64,000 nt of DNA from Octopus vulgaris (lineage: Eukaryota), in the NCBI GenBank assembly GCA_951406725.2, contig OX597830.1, positions 1,922,001 through 1,986,000 on the forward strand, read 5' to 3'. Position 1 is the stretch's first letter. Each line of letters starts with the position of its first letter. A model generated the notes under the pieces. That model was given only the letters and a program-made list of their open reading frames with translations, made no database searches and was not told where the DNA came from. Made by a program: the position numbers and the translations under genes. This document shows, one piece after another, positions 38,256 through 53,949 of this stretch.

Positions 38256-38849
38256 GAGACGAGCCTCAGTTTTCAGGGAAGTGATCTTACATTTAAGGTG
38301 TTAAAAGGAAGAAATTCAAAGGTAGATGATTTTGTGGAGAGCTAAGTGTATTACAGGGGGGAATTCAGTTAGGGAATAGTGAGAGGAGAGAATAAATTTC
38401 AAGAATGAGGGGTTAATATGGAGGCTGGTAGGAGGAAGAGGGGAGGGTGTTGTAAATAGCTTGTGAATGGTAGTCTATTGCGTTAGTTTGTATGAAGGGT
38501 ATAGAATTAATGGTTGAGATAGTGAGGAAGGGAATGGCCATTATTTGAGGGAAATAAGTTGACTGGTTCAGTGCCTAAGGGAGATTACTAAGGTATGTAC
38601 AGGGGTATGAGAGAAGATAGAAGGGGTGGTTACAGTGGGTGTGAGTTGGTAATCGATATAGCAGTGGTTAGTGGGACAAGGGAATTGGTTGGTGCTGGAG
38701 GGGGAGTATAGCGGTATGCAGAGGTGCATAAAATTGAATAGAGGGGAATGAATAGGGAAGAGTTAGAGGTTGATAGGTTAGTGTCCAAAGGAGTGGGGTA
38801 GTATGAAGTACTTTTGGTAAGGAGGCTACTTAAGAGGGTGGGGTGGCTA

Positions 38850-39060
38850 TGTATGAGTGTTTTTGTCTGTGTTTGTCTCCCACCATCGCTTGGCAACCGG
38901 TATTGGTTTGTTTACGTTACCTAACATTTCGTCCAAAGTGAGCGACAGAATAATTACTAGGTTAAGAAATATGTAGTGGGGTTTATTTGTTCTACAAAAC
39001 CTTTCCAGACGTGCACCAGCGTGGTCCCAGTTCAATGACTGAAACAAGTAAGAGTTAAGA
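38850..39060 (+). mobile_element. SINE family 1-related 3' half
   Basis: tctgtgtttgtctcccaccatcgcttggcaaccgg...aatgactgaaacaagtaagag. Confidence 0.75.
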
Positions 39061-41291
39061 TATAGTTTTCGAAAGATTCTGTTATGAGAAGTTAGCAGCA
39101 AATAGAAATTCTCATAAACACTTAGTTCTGAATATCTTTATAAGGGTCAACAGATGTTTAAAAGAAGGGTTTTCCAATCGAAGCATGATAGGCCTCTTCT
39201 GATCACACATGATTCTATGATGAACTCATACTGAACTCTCATCTCACTGTAGTAAGTATTTATCGACCTGTGAGTAAGCATTTATCCACACAGTCTACTT
39301 AGAATTTACAGCACCACAGTGTGTGGTATCCTGTGAAAGTCTTTCTGCTGGCAATAATTATGTCGCCGTGCACTAGACCTGTTCTGCCATGTTCACCTTT
39401 CAAAACGAAAGTCACGTGCTTTGAAAGTAAAATACTCATAGATACAGTTGTGCATTAAATAAAAAAATAATCGATTTTTTTGTTGAGATTTCAGTTGCAT
39501 TGTAAGCATGTTTCTTATTGGTTGTTCAGGTTCTTTGCACGAGAAATAATTCTTTGGAGGAATTTATTCCCATTTTTTAATTAAATAGAATGTGCCATAG
39601 TCCTTAAATTCCTAATTTATTTCCTTGATATTGAATTTATTTTCGTTTCAGCTGTAATATTACAATATTACAATATTAACGCTTAATATTTGTAGATGGA
39701 AATATTTCGACTTAATTGTGTGCCAACCATACAAGCTAATTGGGGATACATAAATTGAATAAAGTTTCAATAATGACTGAAAAATAAAGAAGGGAAAATT
39801 GCGAGAGAAAAATAGAAACATACTTTATAAAAAATTGATAAAATTACTTTGGATCGTAGTTCATTTTAAATTATGTGGAATCGAAAGAAAATTTAAACGG
39901 ACACAGAAACTTTCTCTACACAACATTCCAATATACTTGCTACTATCATTGGTAGCAGGCCATTTTTTAAAAGTGGAGGACAGAATTTCATTAAAATACC
40001 AGCATATTTAGAAATATTTTTCCAATGATTTAATTTAATTTTGTTTCATCTACAATATTTACTTTATTAATATTTATAGACAAAACTGTTTCGACATAAT
40101 TGTCGCTCATCGGTACAAACTAATAAAAGACACATTAATTATATTTCATTTTGAAAGAAGTGAAATTGAAAAAAAAATAGAAATTGATAGAGATAAATTG
40201 ACAGAAATATTTGATAAAAGTTCATATGGTTCGTAGTTCATTTGAGATCAAGTAGAGAGGCAAGTATATTTAAATTGACACAGAGATTTATAGATTTTAT
40301 AAAAACAATTCCAATATATCTTGTGCTGATTGGTAGAAGGCCAAGTTTTAGATGTTCCGAATTTCATGAAGATTTTTACTCCACCCGTGTGAGTCTGCCT
40401 GTCTGTGTGACTGCCTGTATGTACGTATATGTGTGCGCACGTGAGTGTGCAAACTAAGACATTATACATTTCATGTTGTTTCCCTGTTTCCGTTGTTCCT
40501 ACTGAACATATCTAAGTTTCCTTCTTTGACATCTTTTTAGCATAAAGTTCAATGCAAGAGACAAACACAGAACATTCAAATATTTATATTTTAGGGCAGA
40601 TTGCAAATTTTCGGTGGTAGAACGAAATTGCTGTAAGGTATTTAGGTAATACATAATTGTAAGTCTTGGACATCAGAAGCTGACTAAGCGACCTTAATAA
40701 CAGATAGATCCCTAATAACAGATTCGTGCTAGGACACGAATTCTGTTCTGCAGTATATACATATCTCCCTCTGGGTAAAAAAACCCGAAACAAACTTATG
40801 TGGAATTACGATGGGTCTGAGTTTAATGATCTCTTTGGATTACTTAACAAGGATAAGGTAGAAAAAGTCGTACACTCACTAATTCGGTCTATTATAGAAA
40901 CAATGGACAAAGAACCTCCAGCAATATTAATGGACACACACACACACACACACACACAGAAGCACGCGCGCGCGCGCACACACACACCTATGTATCGTTG
41001 AACGTTCCCAATACGTGTTGAGTGCGTTTACATTCTCTACATCAATCTCTGCTTCTATCTATCTATAGATAGACACATAGGTCGATCACTCTATCAGTCT
41101 ATGCACACATACATACACATGTCCTGTCCGTGTTTTTTGTATCGTCTTCTGAATGTTTTGCGTTCTTGTCCCAGTTTGTATTTTTTACATATACATACCA
41201 TATATATATATATATATTTGTACATTATCCACGAATGCGGTACTGAGCACTCATTCTCATTGTTCGATAGTTACATATGTATAAATGTGTC

Positions 41292-41339
<48 letters not shown>

Positions 41340-42449
41340 TATATGTGTACATGTATGCATACATATATATATACGCCCATACAAATATATATATACACTC
41401 GTACATACGGGTGTATGTATGCGTAATCGTACGCACAGCCGCATGCACTGCAAATCTAAAAAGGAACCATATACGTACATAGCCGAATGATCACACGCGC
41501 GCGTGCAAACGCACACACACACATCTACAAATATCCATGTTTAACTCTGTCTTCAGCATTTTTTGTTCTTCTGATTTCTCTCTTTATATTCCTAAATTCC
41601 ATCTATTTCCAATATAGCTGTTTGGCACCTTACAAATTCCTCCCCATCCCCGACACATCACCTCCCCGTCTTTAAAACCGAAAAGAAGGGTGATTGTCGC
41701 AGTATTTCACGCACATACTTCTCAAACATTTTCTTTTTTCTTTACGTTACTGATGGTGATAAATTCAATAAAGAAACAAAAGAAAAATATTTTAAAATAG
41801 AAATATTAATACAAAAGTGTAAATATTCAAATTATTGAGTGTGAAAATTAATTTCTGCTATTTTTACATGTTTTAATTCGTTAAATCTTTTACGTTTTTT
41901 TTTTATTGCATGTGGTAGGTATTTAAGTGTTTTCGCTTGGTTTTGTCTTCAGTTTTGCTCTATATTTAAATTCTTGCTAAAATAAAATCACAGAAATCCG
42001 TTAGATTTAGCGTGTTTGCATATACACCACATCATCTATTGTACAAATAAGCGTATATAAATATACAGAATATGGAATTATTTTGCAGTCGAGAATACAT
42101 GGAATATGTATCCTATATAGGCAAAAACCAATTCGCATATCAATGAAAACAAATATGTGCTTGTGTGGTTGATTGTGGGTGTGTGTGTGCGTATGTTTGT
42201 ATTTGCGTGTGATTTGAGATGAAAGCATGGATTACACTCCACTAACCTGGAATCGCTTGATCGGGTCCACCTACGGCCGGGTATACAAGCGGAGAGGAAA
42301 GGAAAGGTTACATCAACCATAAAATGAAGTGCAGAGTAATTTTAGCAGATGTTTAAATCAATAAAACAACGCATACATAAACTCGTACGCCAAAAACACA
42401 CGCGCACACACGCACAGAAACACACACACACATACACATGCACATATAT

Positions 42450-42575
42450 AATGTATGGTCCTGGGTCCAGTGCCACTGCTTAGCACCTTGGGCAAATGAC
42501 GTCTACTATAGCGTCGGACACACCAAAACTTTGTTAGCAGATTTGTTAGACAGAAACTGAAAGACCATCGTATAT
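42450..42575 (+). mobile_element. SINE family 1, decayed 5' part
   Basis: caccttgggcaaatg..tctactatagc..gtTagacagaaactgaaaga. Confidence 0.65.
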
Positions 42576-42887
42576 ATATATATATATAGTAACAGAAAGG
42601 TAGGAATTTCGATTATTCCCACGTGGTGAGTTGTAATGTATATAAGAAATTAACGAAGGAAAATACACACATTTTACATAGCTTTAATACATTTTTTAAT
42701 GTTTGTCAACCAGTTTCGCTCTCGCTAATCGCCATATTAAAATTATTTAAATTACGTGGGAAAATTGGTGATCGTTATTATTGTGGACAGGGGAGATATT
42801 TCATCTTTTTTTTTGGGTGGGTGGGGGGCACAGGCATATACATAGAAACTCATTAAAAATCCAATTTCATGTGAGACAGCCTTATAC

Positions 42888-42944
<57 letters not shown>

Positions 42945-43179
42945 AATATGTCGAAGGATTGAATTTATTTGTTGCCTCATTAACGTAGGAACGGAGGTCG
43001 CTTAGAAAAGCTAAATTGTGATTCAACAAATATTTATCACGTAAAAATATGGTAATTCGACTGTGCCAATGGGCTGTATCTAAACACTCACACTATTTGC
43101 AAAACATAACAAAAACGATAATGGTGGTTATACTAATGGTTAGAGATTTTTGTGTAAGGCGAGTATTTGGGCGCTGCCT

Positions 43180-43513
43180 TATTTTTTTGACCCCAAAAGA
43201 CGAGAGGCAGTATCTACCTCAGCAGATTTGAACTCAGAACGTAAAAAGGACAAAATACCGCAAAAAGTTTGATTATGCCAACCCGCTCTCATTATAATAA
43301 TAGTTTCACATTTTTGGCACAAGGCCAGCAATTTCAGGGGAGGGGGTAAGTCGATTACATCAACCCCAGTGCTCAACTGGTACTTATTTTATCGACGCCA
43401 AACAAATGAAAAGCAAAGCCAGCGGAAATTGAACTCAGAACATAATGACGGACGAAATGCCGCTAAGCCTTTCATCCGGCGTGCGAATGATTCTGCTAAC
43501 TCACTGCGTCGCC
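43180..43513 (-). mobile_element. Two adjacent SINE family 2 copies (partial 43180-43290, fuller 43297-43513)
   Basis: ttttggcacaaggccagcaatttc...cagtgctcaactggtacttattttatcgac...gaactcagaac. Confidence 0.8.
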
Positions 43514-44400
43514 ACCATAGTAAAAATAATAATCATGTAATTAAATAGTAAAATGACTAAGCGCTCAAATAACTGACTTAATTAACAAAAAGAACATTGT
43601 TATCTGAGTTTATAAAAATGTCTGGGAATTGAGGAACAATTACGATTCCTTTTTGAATATATAATTTTTATATACACCCACTTGTACAGAATACCGGTTT
43701 CATATATAATCAATTTATACCCATTTTAAAACAACGAATCTCGTTTTGTCCCACTTATTTCCCACCAGATTTCCCAAATAGATTTCCTTCTTATTCAATC
43801 AGAATCGTCAAATTTCACAAATATATTTCTTGAAACGACGTATTTGCAGTTTCACTTAAGAAGTTCTTTACAGTCATTCGAGGAATTCTTTCAATGATTT
43901 TCCATGAAGAACAATCTTAGCTTTTATTCTCAGCTATTTCAACTAAATGTAATTATCTATGTTTATTCATTGCTTCCACCCACACACACATCTTCACAGA
44001 ATCATACACAAACATATCCACACATAATTCCTTCGTATTTCTTTTTTCTCTCACTCACTCACCCATTCTCTCTCTCTCTCCCTCCCTCTCTCGCCTAAGC
44101 ATGTGCAGACATGCGCTGAAGAATTGGTTTCTTGAGAAAATTCTAAAATAGCAAATGTGAAATCGAATAAATTTGAATTAATCTTAATATTTCAAACTAA
44201 AATAAAATGAAAAGCGACATATATATCCATACATATTAAGGTGATGATGTAATTGGTTGTGTGCGCATGCGTTTGTGTGTATGCATATATATATAAATGA
44301 ATATATAATATAATATACATGTATATTATATATATATATATATACATATATATATTTGCATATATATATATGATATACATGTATATTATATTATATATTC

Positions 44401-44452
<52 letters not shown>

Positions 44453-45569
44453 AGTATTCCCTATACACACTACAAAGTCATCTCTCTTCCGTTCTTTAAA
44501 ATTCTCTCAAATATCATCTTCCCTACAGGACTGAATCCCTATTAGAGGACAACTCTGTCGGTAATAAATGTCTTCTTTTACAAAAGCTCGTTGAAAGATC
44601 AAATATGAATTGGAAATCTCGGTCACAATGGGATTTTCTATGCAACACTTTCCCATGGTTTTGTCACGATTTTCGATTCAATAACATGTGTGGCACTACT
44701 TACAAGCCTCTTGAGCATTTCAGTTATCCGATGCTCCTCATAAGAAGCCTCCAGACTCGAAGATATAACAGACTAGGTATTCCAAGTGCTAAACTTCTAT
44801 TCACCCTTCGTAACGGAAACAGATGCAAACGAAATGATATAATTGTTTCTATTTATTTACTTCAGCTGTACTTTTCATTCGACGTTATTATGGTGGCGAT
44901 GCTTTAAATCTCAAAATATGTGGAAATACTAACTAGATTCTTCCTCTGTTGCTCAATGTGATATCAGCAGCACCATCAAGGAATACAATTCTGGCGATCT
45001 CCTGGCATATTCAGACATTTTTGTGATTTTTTGAACATTCTGGTCCAGATATTAACATTGAAAGAAAGAAGGTACTGGAGAAATATCCGCGTGGAATAGA
45101 AACGTTTTTTTATTAAGTTAATATATGCACCTACACTGTTGAGCAAGTTAATCATTTCTATTATTGTGAAGCACCCACAGCAAAGCTGCCATTGCATCAG
45201 AGAAAAGTTCATCTAGTTTTCCTCTAGCGCTTATTATCTTGGGTTAAATGCTTCCCTGTTGGTTTAAAATCATTTGTTCTCTGCATCCTCTTGTATGGAT
45301 GGGAAGGTTGGATGCTTTACTAAAAAGACAAACAGTTTTATTTTCATAAATCACTTAGTTATGAATTATTTTACAATTTGAAGCTTTCGGAATGTAACCA
45401 ACCCATCGTGGTTTCAGTGTCTGCTCCGATCAAAAACTTGGATTTTGTCATAGAATTTGGGTTCTGATAGCATTTGTTTTTAGATACAAATATTTCTTTG
45501 ATTGAATCCATTGTGATGCAAGAATTCTTGCTCTGTCTTTGGTCTGAGTGTAACTTCCTCTCTTGGTGA

Positions 45570-45850
45570 AGTCACGGGACTAGGATATTCGACTCACAAT
45601 CATAAGTTCGTGAGTTCGATTACCAGTGATGTGTTGTGACCTTAAGCAAGAAACTTTATTTCACCTTGCTCCAGTGCATTCAAAGGGCCAGACTTGTTAC
45701 ACCCTGTTTGATGCTGGATCTCCATCAGAATTACTTCAAGGGTAGGCGTGTCTATGGAGTGTTCAGCCATTTGCACGTGAATTTCACGAGCAAGCTGTTC
45801 TGTTGATCGTATCAACTGGAGCACTCATCGTCGTAGCCGACGTAGTGCCA
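45570..45850 (+). mobile_element. tRNA-derived SINE family 3
   Basis: B-box-like gagttcgatt, then gtgttgtgaccttaagcaagaaactttatttcac.ttgctccagt. Related pieces at 53483 and 61005. Confidence 0.7.
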
Positions 45851-46565
45851 GTTAGTTAACCTCCTCCTCCATCCAACCACCACCACTCACAGAAGTCTTG
45901 ATAGATGTCCTGCTGATTGACACAATTTCTCTGATTTAATCATTCAGAAATAAAGCATAAGGTTTCATTAATGAACCAGAGTAGTAAAAACAAATACACA
46001 AGAAAATTGGCGGCGTTTAATCTGTGGCTGGGTAAGGCGTTTGATCTTCTCTTACTCTCTCCTACACTTTTGGTTCTTAATTCATTTTGAACCCATAACT
46101 GGAAACTTATGGAATATACGATATATTACCATTTTCATTTTTGAGAATGAAATAGAATGTGTCTGCAGGTACAACTCGAATCTAAACTCCCCTCTCGGCC
46201 TCCATACTTTAGCGTGGGGGAGCGTCTACATTGTCGTTTGACTCGTTAAATGTAACCGCCTAATTTCCCACAATTCACACACTACCACCTGAAAGTAAAG
46301 ACATAGTTTTCTTCTTAGAAAATTTCACGTTGACTAATTTCATCCTGCCTTCCATACCCATAAGGATTGTCATGGAGGGAATGGTTTTCATCATAAATTT
46401 GTTCCATGCAAACTAACCTGGGGTCAGACAACAACAAAGCAACAACAACGATAACAAAAAATAAATGTAAGCACAAAAATGGTAAAATCGATAATGGAAG
46501 GATTTGAAATTTACACGGTTAAACTACGAACTCCGAGTATTGTAAATTTCAGGAGGCAGTGGCTG

Positions 46566-46624
<59 letters not shown>

Positions 46625-47684
46625 CTCTCTCTTCCATCCATTATTTTCTCTCAGTCGTTCTGATATTAGTAATCTACTCAATCCACATGGAATAAATCCT
46701 TAATCCAGTACCGAAACTAATTTCAATCTTTACATCTTCTTCTAGACCAGTTATTCATTATGGAAGTTTTAATATTTCATCATTGATTTCCTAATTTCAA
46801 TAAACCGAAATCCTTACAGCAAGTTTAACATTGGGTTAACCAAGAGTTAAGATTTCCTTATTATGGCAGTTTTTTTGCAATATTCTTTTGTTTGTTTATA
46901 TTTTCAAAGAATTTTAAGCAGCGATAATTTTTTCCAATATTCCTGATTTAAAAACTTTAAGGAGAGCCTTAAATTATTCAAATGTGATTAACCTGTTTAA
47001 AGAGCCGATTCTTCATTTAACCTAATGCAGTGATAACCAATCCATTTATTATTCATAGCAGATAATTTGTTAATTTTCCCATTTTAAAGCCATAAAATAT
47101 AACAAAATTGAAATTGAATAATCTTTTGACTAAACATTTTACTTCAGTTTGTTCAACTTCACATGAAAATTGATACAAAAATATTATTTTCATGTTATCT
47201 TTTGTTTCTCAATCTTTTTTTTTAAAAAAAAAACTAGTTTTTCGTATCAAAAAAGTAAAAAGATTTAACAAATAAGCCAATATATTTGTATGAATTGAAT
47301 TATATTTCTATACATAAATTGGTTTAAATTAAGAGAAAAGAAGTTTTATTTCAAAGGTGTGGGGTTCTATAAAATATTTGTGATATTTAAGAAACATTAA
47401 GCGCTTCATTGGTTTTTTTTATTTAAAAAAATAAATAAAATATGAAACTGTTTCCTAGCTAACCTGTTTGCAAATATCGTCTCATTTACATTAGCACGTA
47501 GGTTTGTGATCTGTCTGCCATACATATTCATGTGTTTGTGCATAAATATTCGTGTTTGTACGTCTGCGCATGTATGGCTGTGAATATATATGCATTCGTA
47601 TATACAAGCGTACATATAAATGTATATGCATATATATCTATAACTATATTTACACACACGTACACACGTGCACACACATACGCG

Positions 47685-47728
<44 letters not shown>

Positions 47729-50700
47729 CACATATACATACAAATAGATTTGGCCGTGTAAATATGCGTAAAATTAATATTTCTGTGTGAAATAAATGTA
47801 GTTTATAAGGAATTAATAGGCATGAAATGTATTTAGACTTGTAGCAAAATAATACTAGGACAGAAACCACATACACATACACACACACTCGTGTGTGTAT
47901 GTAAATACTGATCGTGTTACTTCAACATTAAATGGAACTGTATCCCTCAAATGATCCCCAAAATTTAAATTGGACTATATTTTCTAATCGCATCTGGTAC
48001 CATTGCTGTAATGCGATGAAACTGCGATGATATTTGAATGGCAGCTAACGATGTATATCCTCCAGTAGTATGCAATATTGTTCCTCTTGTTAAACTCTCT
48101 GAGCATTGTCACTGTCCTGTTTGGTTTGGCTCACCCACGACAGAGAATGTCTTTATTTTCTTTACAGTTCCTTAGTAAGGTGTATTTTTGTTCAGTGATG
48201 GTACAGTGTGTACCAGATCGAAAGGTTGAATGCTTAAGTATGTTTGTGAATTTGAGGGATGAAAATGTGTCCAAAATCCTCATGTTTTGTCCTTGCTGGG
48301 ACTGAGTAATATACGTAGCGAGAGAAAAGAGCAAGCGAGTAGAAGCAACAAAGGTTTCAATGAAAAGTAGGAACAGGAAAAACTAGCAAAACGGAGGATC
48401 ATATGGTAATGGAGAAGGAGAAATAAATGTCAGCTACGTACAGAAAAAATAGACACACACGCACCTCTATCTACACACACACACACAAACACACGCACAC
48501 ACACACACACACACGCACGCACACACACACACGCACGCACACACTCAGTTTTTCTTATCTTTCACACATACGATATAGGATCTATATATCTATATATATA
48601 TATATACACACACACATATACATATAGATAGGTGGATGGATAGATAGATAGATGGATAGATAGACTTATACATACATATATATGTACACACACACACACA
48701 TATATATATATATACATATACACACAGATATATTCATATATATGGATATATAAGGGAGTGTGTTGGTGTGTGTGTGTACATGAACATTAATTAAACAATG
48801 GATTTCCCATTATGAATGATCACCCATTTTGTTACGAGTAAGTTCAATAGCATTAGTAAAAAGTAGTAAAAGTCATCTAAGAATTTGTCTACTTTGATAT
48901 CATTGAATTTTTTTTTTTGTTTGGTTAACAAAACCTTTACTCAAAAAAACCCATTAATTTTCGCCATCAATTATATTTCAATCCGTGATTCTGGTCCATA
49001 ACGATCTTACAAGCATTAACGTTTACTTTCTTTCACTAATGCTGTAATGGTCAATAACAATGGTGATGTTAATTCCTTTTCTATGGAAGTCGGTTGCCTA
49101 AACTCTGCGGAAATTCCTGATACTGTGAAATGTATTCATTAATTGCGTCATGAAATTATTAATTTGCAGAGCAAAAATATCGAGTTTGGGGGTTTATTCT
49201 TATAAGTGTTGTGAATTTCCACACAGTTTCAGATAAAAATGTCTTCGTTAATTACTTTGATTTAGAATTCAATATTACCATTTAGGAAAACCGAATGAAA
49301 AATTACTGTACGTAAATTTTGCTTCTAACCACCGGCCTAATATTTTAAGTACTTTAGTGACGATATTAACATAAGCTACCAAATCTATAAATTGGTATAT
49401 CCTACTTTTAGAATGTAGTCACTTATAACGAAGTGCCTGAAAGAAAGGTTTTAAGGATGACATCTCAACTGCATAAAGAATGACTTTTAGGTAGGAAAGA
49501 AATAAAAAAAAAAACGTAATATAGTTTGGTTTTAGAATCCGTCTATTTGAAATTTAAACTAATGCTAGACATTTTTTGAATTTATTTTTTAACATTTATC
49601 GTTTACTTATTTTATTCATTAGACTGAGGCCATGCTGGGGCACCGCCTTGAAGAAGTTTTAGTCAAATGACCCCCTAATTTTGCTAAGCCTTGTACTTAT
49701 TCCTGTTTTACATAAGTCTTACTTAGTTGATCTTCAAATGTTTTTTTACATAATTATATACGATTGCGGTATCTACTTACGTTATTTCCTATCTAATATA
49801 TTTCGTGTGCTATCTTATAGGGGTCTGCAAGGATTTATTTTAAACACATTTTTAATCAACAGAATGTTACGTACTTTTATGTCCAATGTAACTGTGCGTG
49901 TCACAAACTGTACAACTTTTTTTAATGATATTTTTGTATTGCATTTGTTAGCTGACGTATGTTCTGTGACTTTTATGCTTGCAGATTCCTGTTAACGGAA
50001 AGTATTTTAGTTGTGGTGATTTAATATGCTATCCGTTATTTTCTGGTTACATGTGATAAATATATTGTTTGACGTTGTTGATATTTTATGAAGAATTCAC
50101 TCGTTTTTCTGACTAGGTTTTTCCATTCTCCAAATATATCGAGAGTTATTTGTAACACTTAGTTTTAGGCCAATAAAGTGCGATTTACCGGTTGCTTCTA
50201 GAATATCAAGAAATAACGATGCTGAAGCGTATTGTTAATGTTCTTTGATCATAGGTCAGCAGACACGCTATTAGAAGACATTCCGTCCGTTACGACCAAT
50301 ATTATCAGAAAATTCCTACATATAGAAGCCAACGAGTGAGCCTCCACCTTGTCGCTCAATCTATTGCAACCACCAACCGAACTTCACTTGGTTCACGTCT
50401 TACGTAATGCAGTCTTGAAGAGAAATCCTGGAGAACGACTTGATGGTCAACGCAAGAAATCCTTGAGTTCTATAGGAAGAGCAGCACCAACAGCTGCTAA
50501 TACTTCCCGCCAGACTCTCTGCAGCACAACGATTCGAAAAGCAAATGCTTCCATTATATCGTTAAGATAATTTTGAAAGACATCCAAATTGCAAAATCAT
50601 TATTTTAATTTCCCAATAAATTATCAGAGTAAAATTAGTTTTATAGTTAATTATCACAGTTAATGGCTATCTGCTAATTAAATATAATTGTTTTAGTACA

Positions 50701-50821
50701 ACGCATTTTTATTGTTTGTCTGAATGTATAGGAATTTTCACATCATATTGTATGATGAGAGTCGCATCATAATGACTGTTCTCATCCCAATGGAATGTTG
50801 TCGTTGGTTCGCAACATTACA

Positions 50822-50875
<54 letters not shown>

Positions 50876-50939
50876 CCTTTGAAGTTGACCATGCATTTAC
50901 GCTATGAAACAAATACATTGTATATAATTCGGTTGGAGC

Positions 50940-51960
50940 CTCTCATTGCTTCGCTGACTGGACCTTTTGCATAGTGTTTCCATTTCAATGTTTTCCCCTG
51001 TTGTCTCTTGTGGGAATACAGACATAGACATATTAGGGATTTGTAGATCCTGTGGCATGCATTGCTTTGGTGGTCATCGTAATGTGGGGATAGACTGCCC
51101 CTGACTCTACATCGGGCTCTTTTCTCTTTCAGGGTGTTGATTCTGGCTTTCTCAAAGCAGGGAATGACTTATTAGCAAGGGCTCCTCTGCTAGGCTCTGA
51201 CCAATTCTCATGTCTCCAAGCAGATTGTTAAATCAAAGGATCTCACAGCAGAAGCAAAACAGTCAACTAATTCTTGGATCTGCTGCCAAGAGAGTTTTGG
51301 GAAAGCATAGTCGTCCGCTAATAGACATTCTTTTGGAAGTTATTCCCTGACTTTGGTTCTGGGTCCAAAGCGCTGTGGATTACAAATCTTGCAATTTGTC
51401 TTAAATTGGATAATCTCCGACAACATCTCTGAATTCCACTTACACCATAGTTGAGATGTAGATTGCAAACAAGACGGGGGTCATTACACAACCCTGCTTG
51501 GAAAGTGAAAGTACCAGAAGCTGATACATGTAGAATGATCGTATTACATTGAACATCTGAGGATCCTCAAATTTGTGCAGAACTTTCCAGAGGGCATCAC
51601 ATTTTACCGTATCAAAGGTTTTTGTTAAATCAGCAATAATATATGCAGGTCCTGGATCTGCTCTCCAGCCTTCTTCTGGACCTCACGAGAAGCAAATATC
51701 ATCAACTGTTCCTGGCTCATCTTAGAAATCACATTCTGATTCAGGGTACACAGTGTCCACTAAGGAAAGAACGATCATGTTGAGCATGACTCTGGCGAGT
51801 ATTTTCCAAACAATGGGAAAATATGATAAGCAAGGATGGTTGTCCTAACAGTACTTGTAGATTTTTTGTTTGTACAGCTGTGTTATGGAGTTGTCTTTGT
51901 TGTCCGGTGAAGCATCACTTTCTTTCGATATGTTCTGGAAAACATTAGTGAGGTTTTTAA
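50940..51960 (-). pseudogene. RTE-clade LINE reverse transcriptase remnant
   Basis: Minus strand: KILARVMLN..YPESEC..MIFASREVQKK..DLTKTFDTV..LWKVLHKF..KQGCVMTPVLF..LLADD. Confidence 0.8.
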
Positions 51961-52514
51961 TACAGTACACAGAATGAAATTGGATAGAAAACACGATAGA
52001 ATAACAGTAAATTTTTATGTAGAATTAAACGAGAATAACTACGAAAGCTTTACTAACGGCAAAATGCAAATTTTATTTCACGACACAGTTATACAATTCA
52101 TAAAAATATATCATAATATCACGTAATCTATCCGGATTTGTCATTTTATAATTTTAGATTTGGTGCTGGTGATTTTATCAGTTATAAAATTATTCTAGTG
52201 ACGGTTTACGACCTAACATGGAGCGGACGGACTGACTGCTCACACACTATTACAAGACATTAATTTAGAAATCAAATTGAGAAAGTCCTAAATCCATCAA
52301 ACTAATGGATTTATGAAAGTTGTTATTCTACGCCAAACATAAAGGATTAATAAAAATTTATGAAATGTCACTAATAAAAAAAAAGCTCAAAAAGGAACAT
52401 AGTGATGTTTCTATCGTAATAGTTTGAAGGGAAAATTGTTTGCTATTTACAACATTTAAACATACAGTCATGTACACACACCGGACGCACACACATAAAT
52501 AGGGCTGTAAAGTA

Positions 52515-52600
52515 TGTATCCTTATCAAACGGGTGGTCATGATGGGTATATTGGGCTCTGATGGCATACACTGCACTCTCACTCAATAATAATAATAATG
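52515..52600 (+). mobile_element. Short 3' fragment of the (AAT)n-tailed non-coding retroelement
   Basis: ccttatcaaacgggtggtcatgatgggtatattgggct..gatggcat..ctctcactc(AAT)n. Confidence 0.75.
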
Positions 52601-52673
52601 ATAATAAGTAGAATAGTAAGCAAAGAATATATATGCATATATGCCTTTGTGCGTATATACATATACATATGTA

Positions 52674-52753
<80 letters not shown>

Positions 52754-53482
52754 AGCTATGTATGTGTGTGTATACACACACACGCATACATACATCAGAG
52801 CATATACGTTAAGGTGACTGCGTTGTATACCGTACAAGAAATATTTTTAATTTATTAAAATTTTTCTCTACAGAAATTTAAAAAACTGGCAATAAATAAA
52901 TAAATGAAATACTTTTGTTGATTTTTAAGTTTTGAAGATATGCGTATTTCTTTTGCGATCGTTATGAATGGTTCTCTTATTTAGTGGAAGCCAAGTGAGC
53001 AACTATTTTACACAATTTGAAATCCTTGGGTAGGAAACAGTGTGCTAATCTATGATCAGGTGCAGCACGTATTTATAAGAAGAAAGTCTAGGTACTAAAG
53101 CTTCTTTTTTTTCGGGGTGGGGGGTTTACCAAATTTGTCATTATCTTGGAAAACCTGCAAGTAGCTGCGTTCGCCAAGATTGTCGATTTCATTTGCGAAT
53201 GTTTATTAATGGATGGCGGCAGCAAGTTTAAAAATAAAATGTAAAATCGGATTCAAAATAAGGACTGCGGTTCTTGCTTGAAGTTCTGATTTTTTTTTCT
53301 TTTCATTCATTATAATTTGATTTATTCGAAAGCTTCAGGGATTTCTTTCGTAATTGTGTGGGACAGGACACCAAAATAGATAGGCTCTATGAATAGAGAA
53401 GTAGAATTACAACGAATAAATATGCATATGTGTGGTTATGTGTGTGTATGCATATAGGTATACTCACATGCATATGTGCGTG

Positions 53483-53610
53483 TGTGTAATGGTTTAGTGC
53501 TTAGTGTGTTGGACTCATTCTCATAAGGTCGCGAGTTCGATGCCGGGGACCAGGCAATGTGTTGTGTTGGCATTTCATTTCACGTTGCTTCAGTCTTTTA
53601 AGCGGCCGAT
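53483..53610 (+). mobile_element. SINE family 3, 5' part
   Basis: tggtttagtgcttag..ggtcgcgagttcgatgcc..gtgttgtg..atttcacgttgcttcagtc. Confidence 0.65.
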
Positions 53611-53784
53611 TGCTGGTGCCAGTGTTTGCCACTCCAACAGTTAGATCTTCGTTGTTCCGCTGGATCAAGGGATGGGAGGGTCGAGAGTGTATCTTTAGCA
53701 TCTCGCGATTATGGAAGCACCGAAAACAACTATTGATGCATTGTACAAGCAACCAGGAAATGTTCACTTGGGAATTGCGGCTTT

Positions 53785-53833
<49 letters not shown>

Positions 53834-53834
53834 G

Positions 53835-53909
<75 letters not shown>

Positions 53910-53949
53910 ATATATATGTATCAAAAGAAAAGCAGGACGCAAAGTATTT

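Noticed and set aside
42704-42735. Minus strand gc-gaga-gc GAAA ctgg TT, hammerhead-like 3' half
   Set aside because: The 5' core reads GCGATTA (3 mismatches); too eroded to call.
44500-45560. Complex sequence that may be a decayed LINE or exons
   Set aside because: No motif or splice-consistent frame that I can support.
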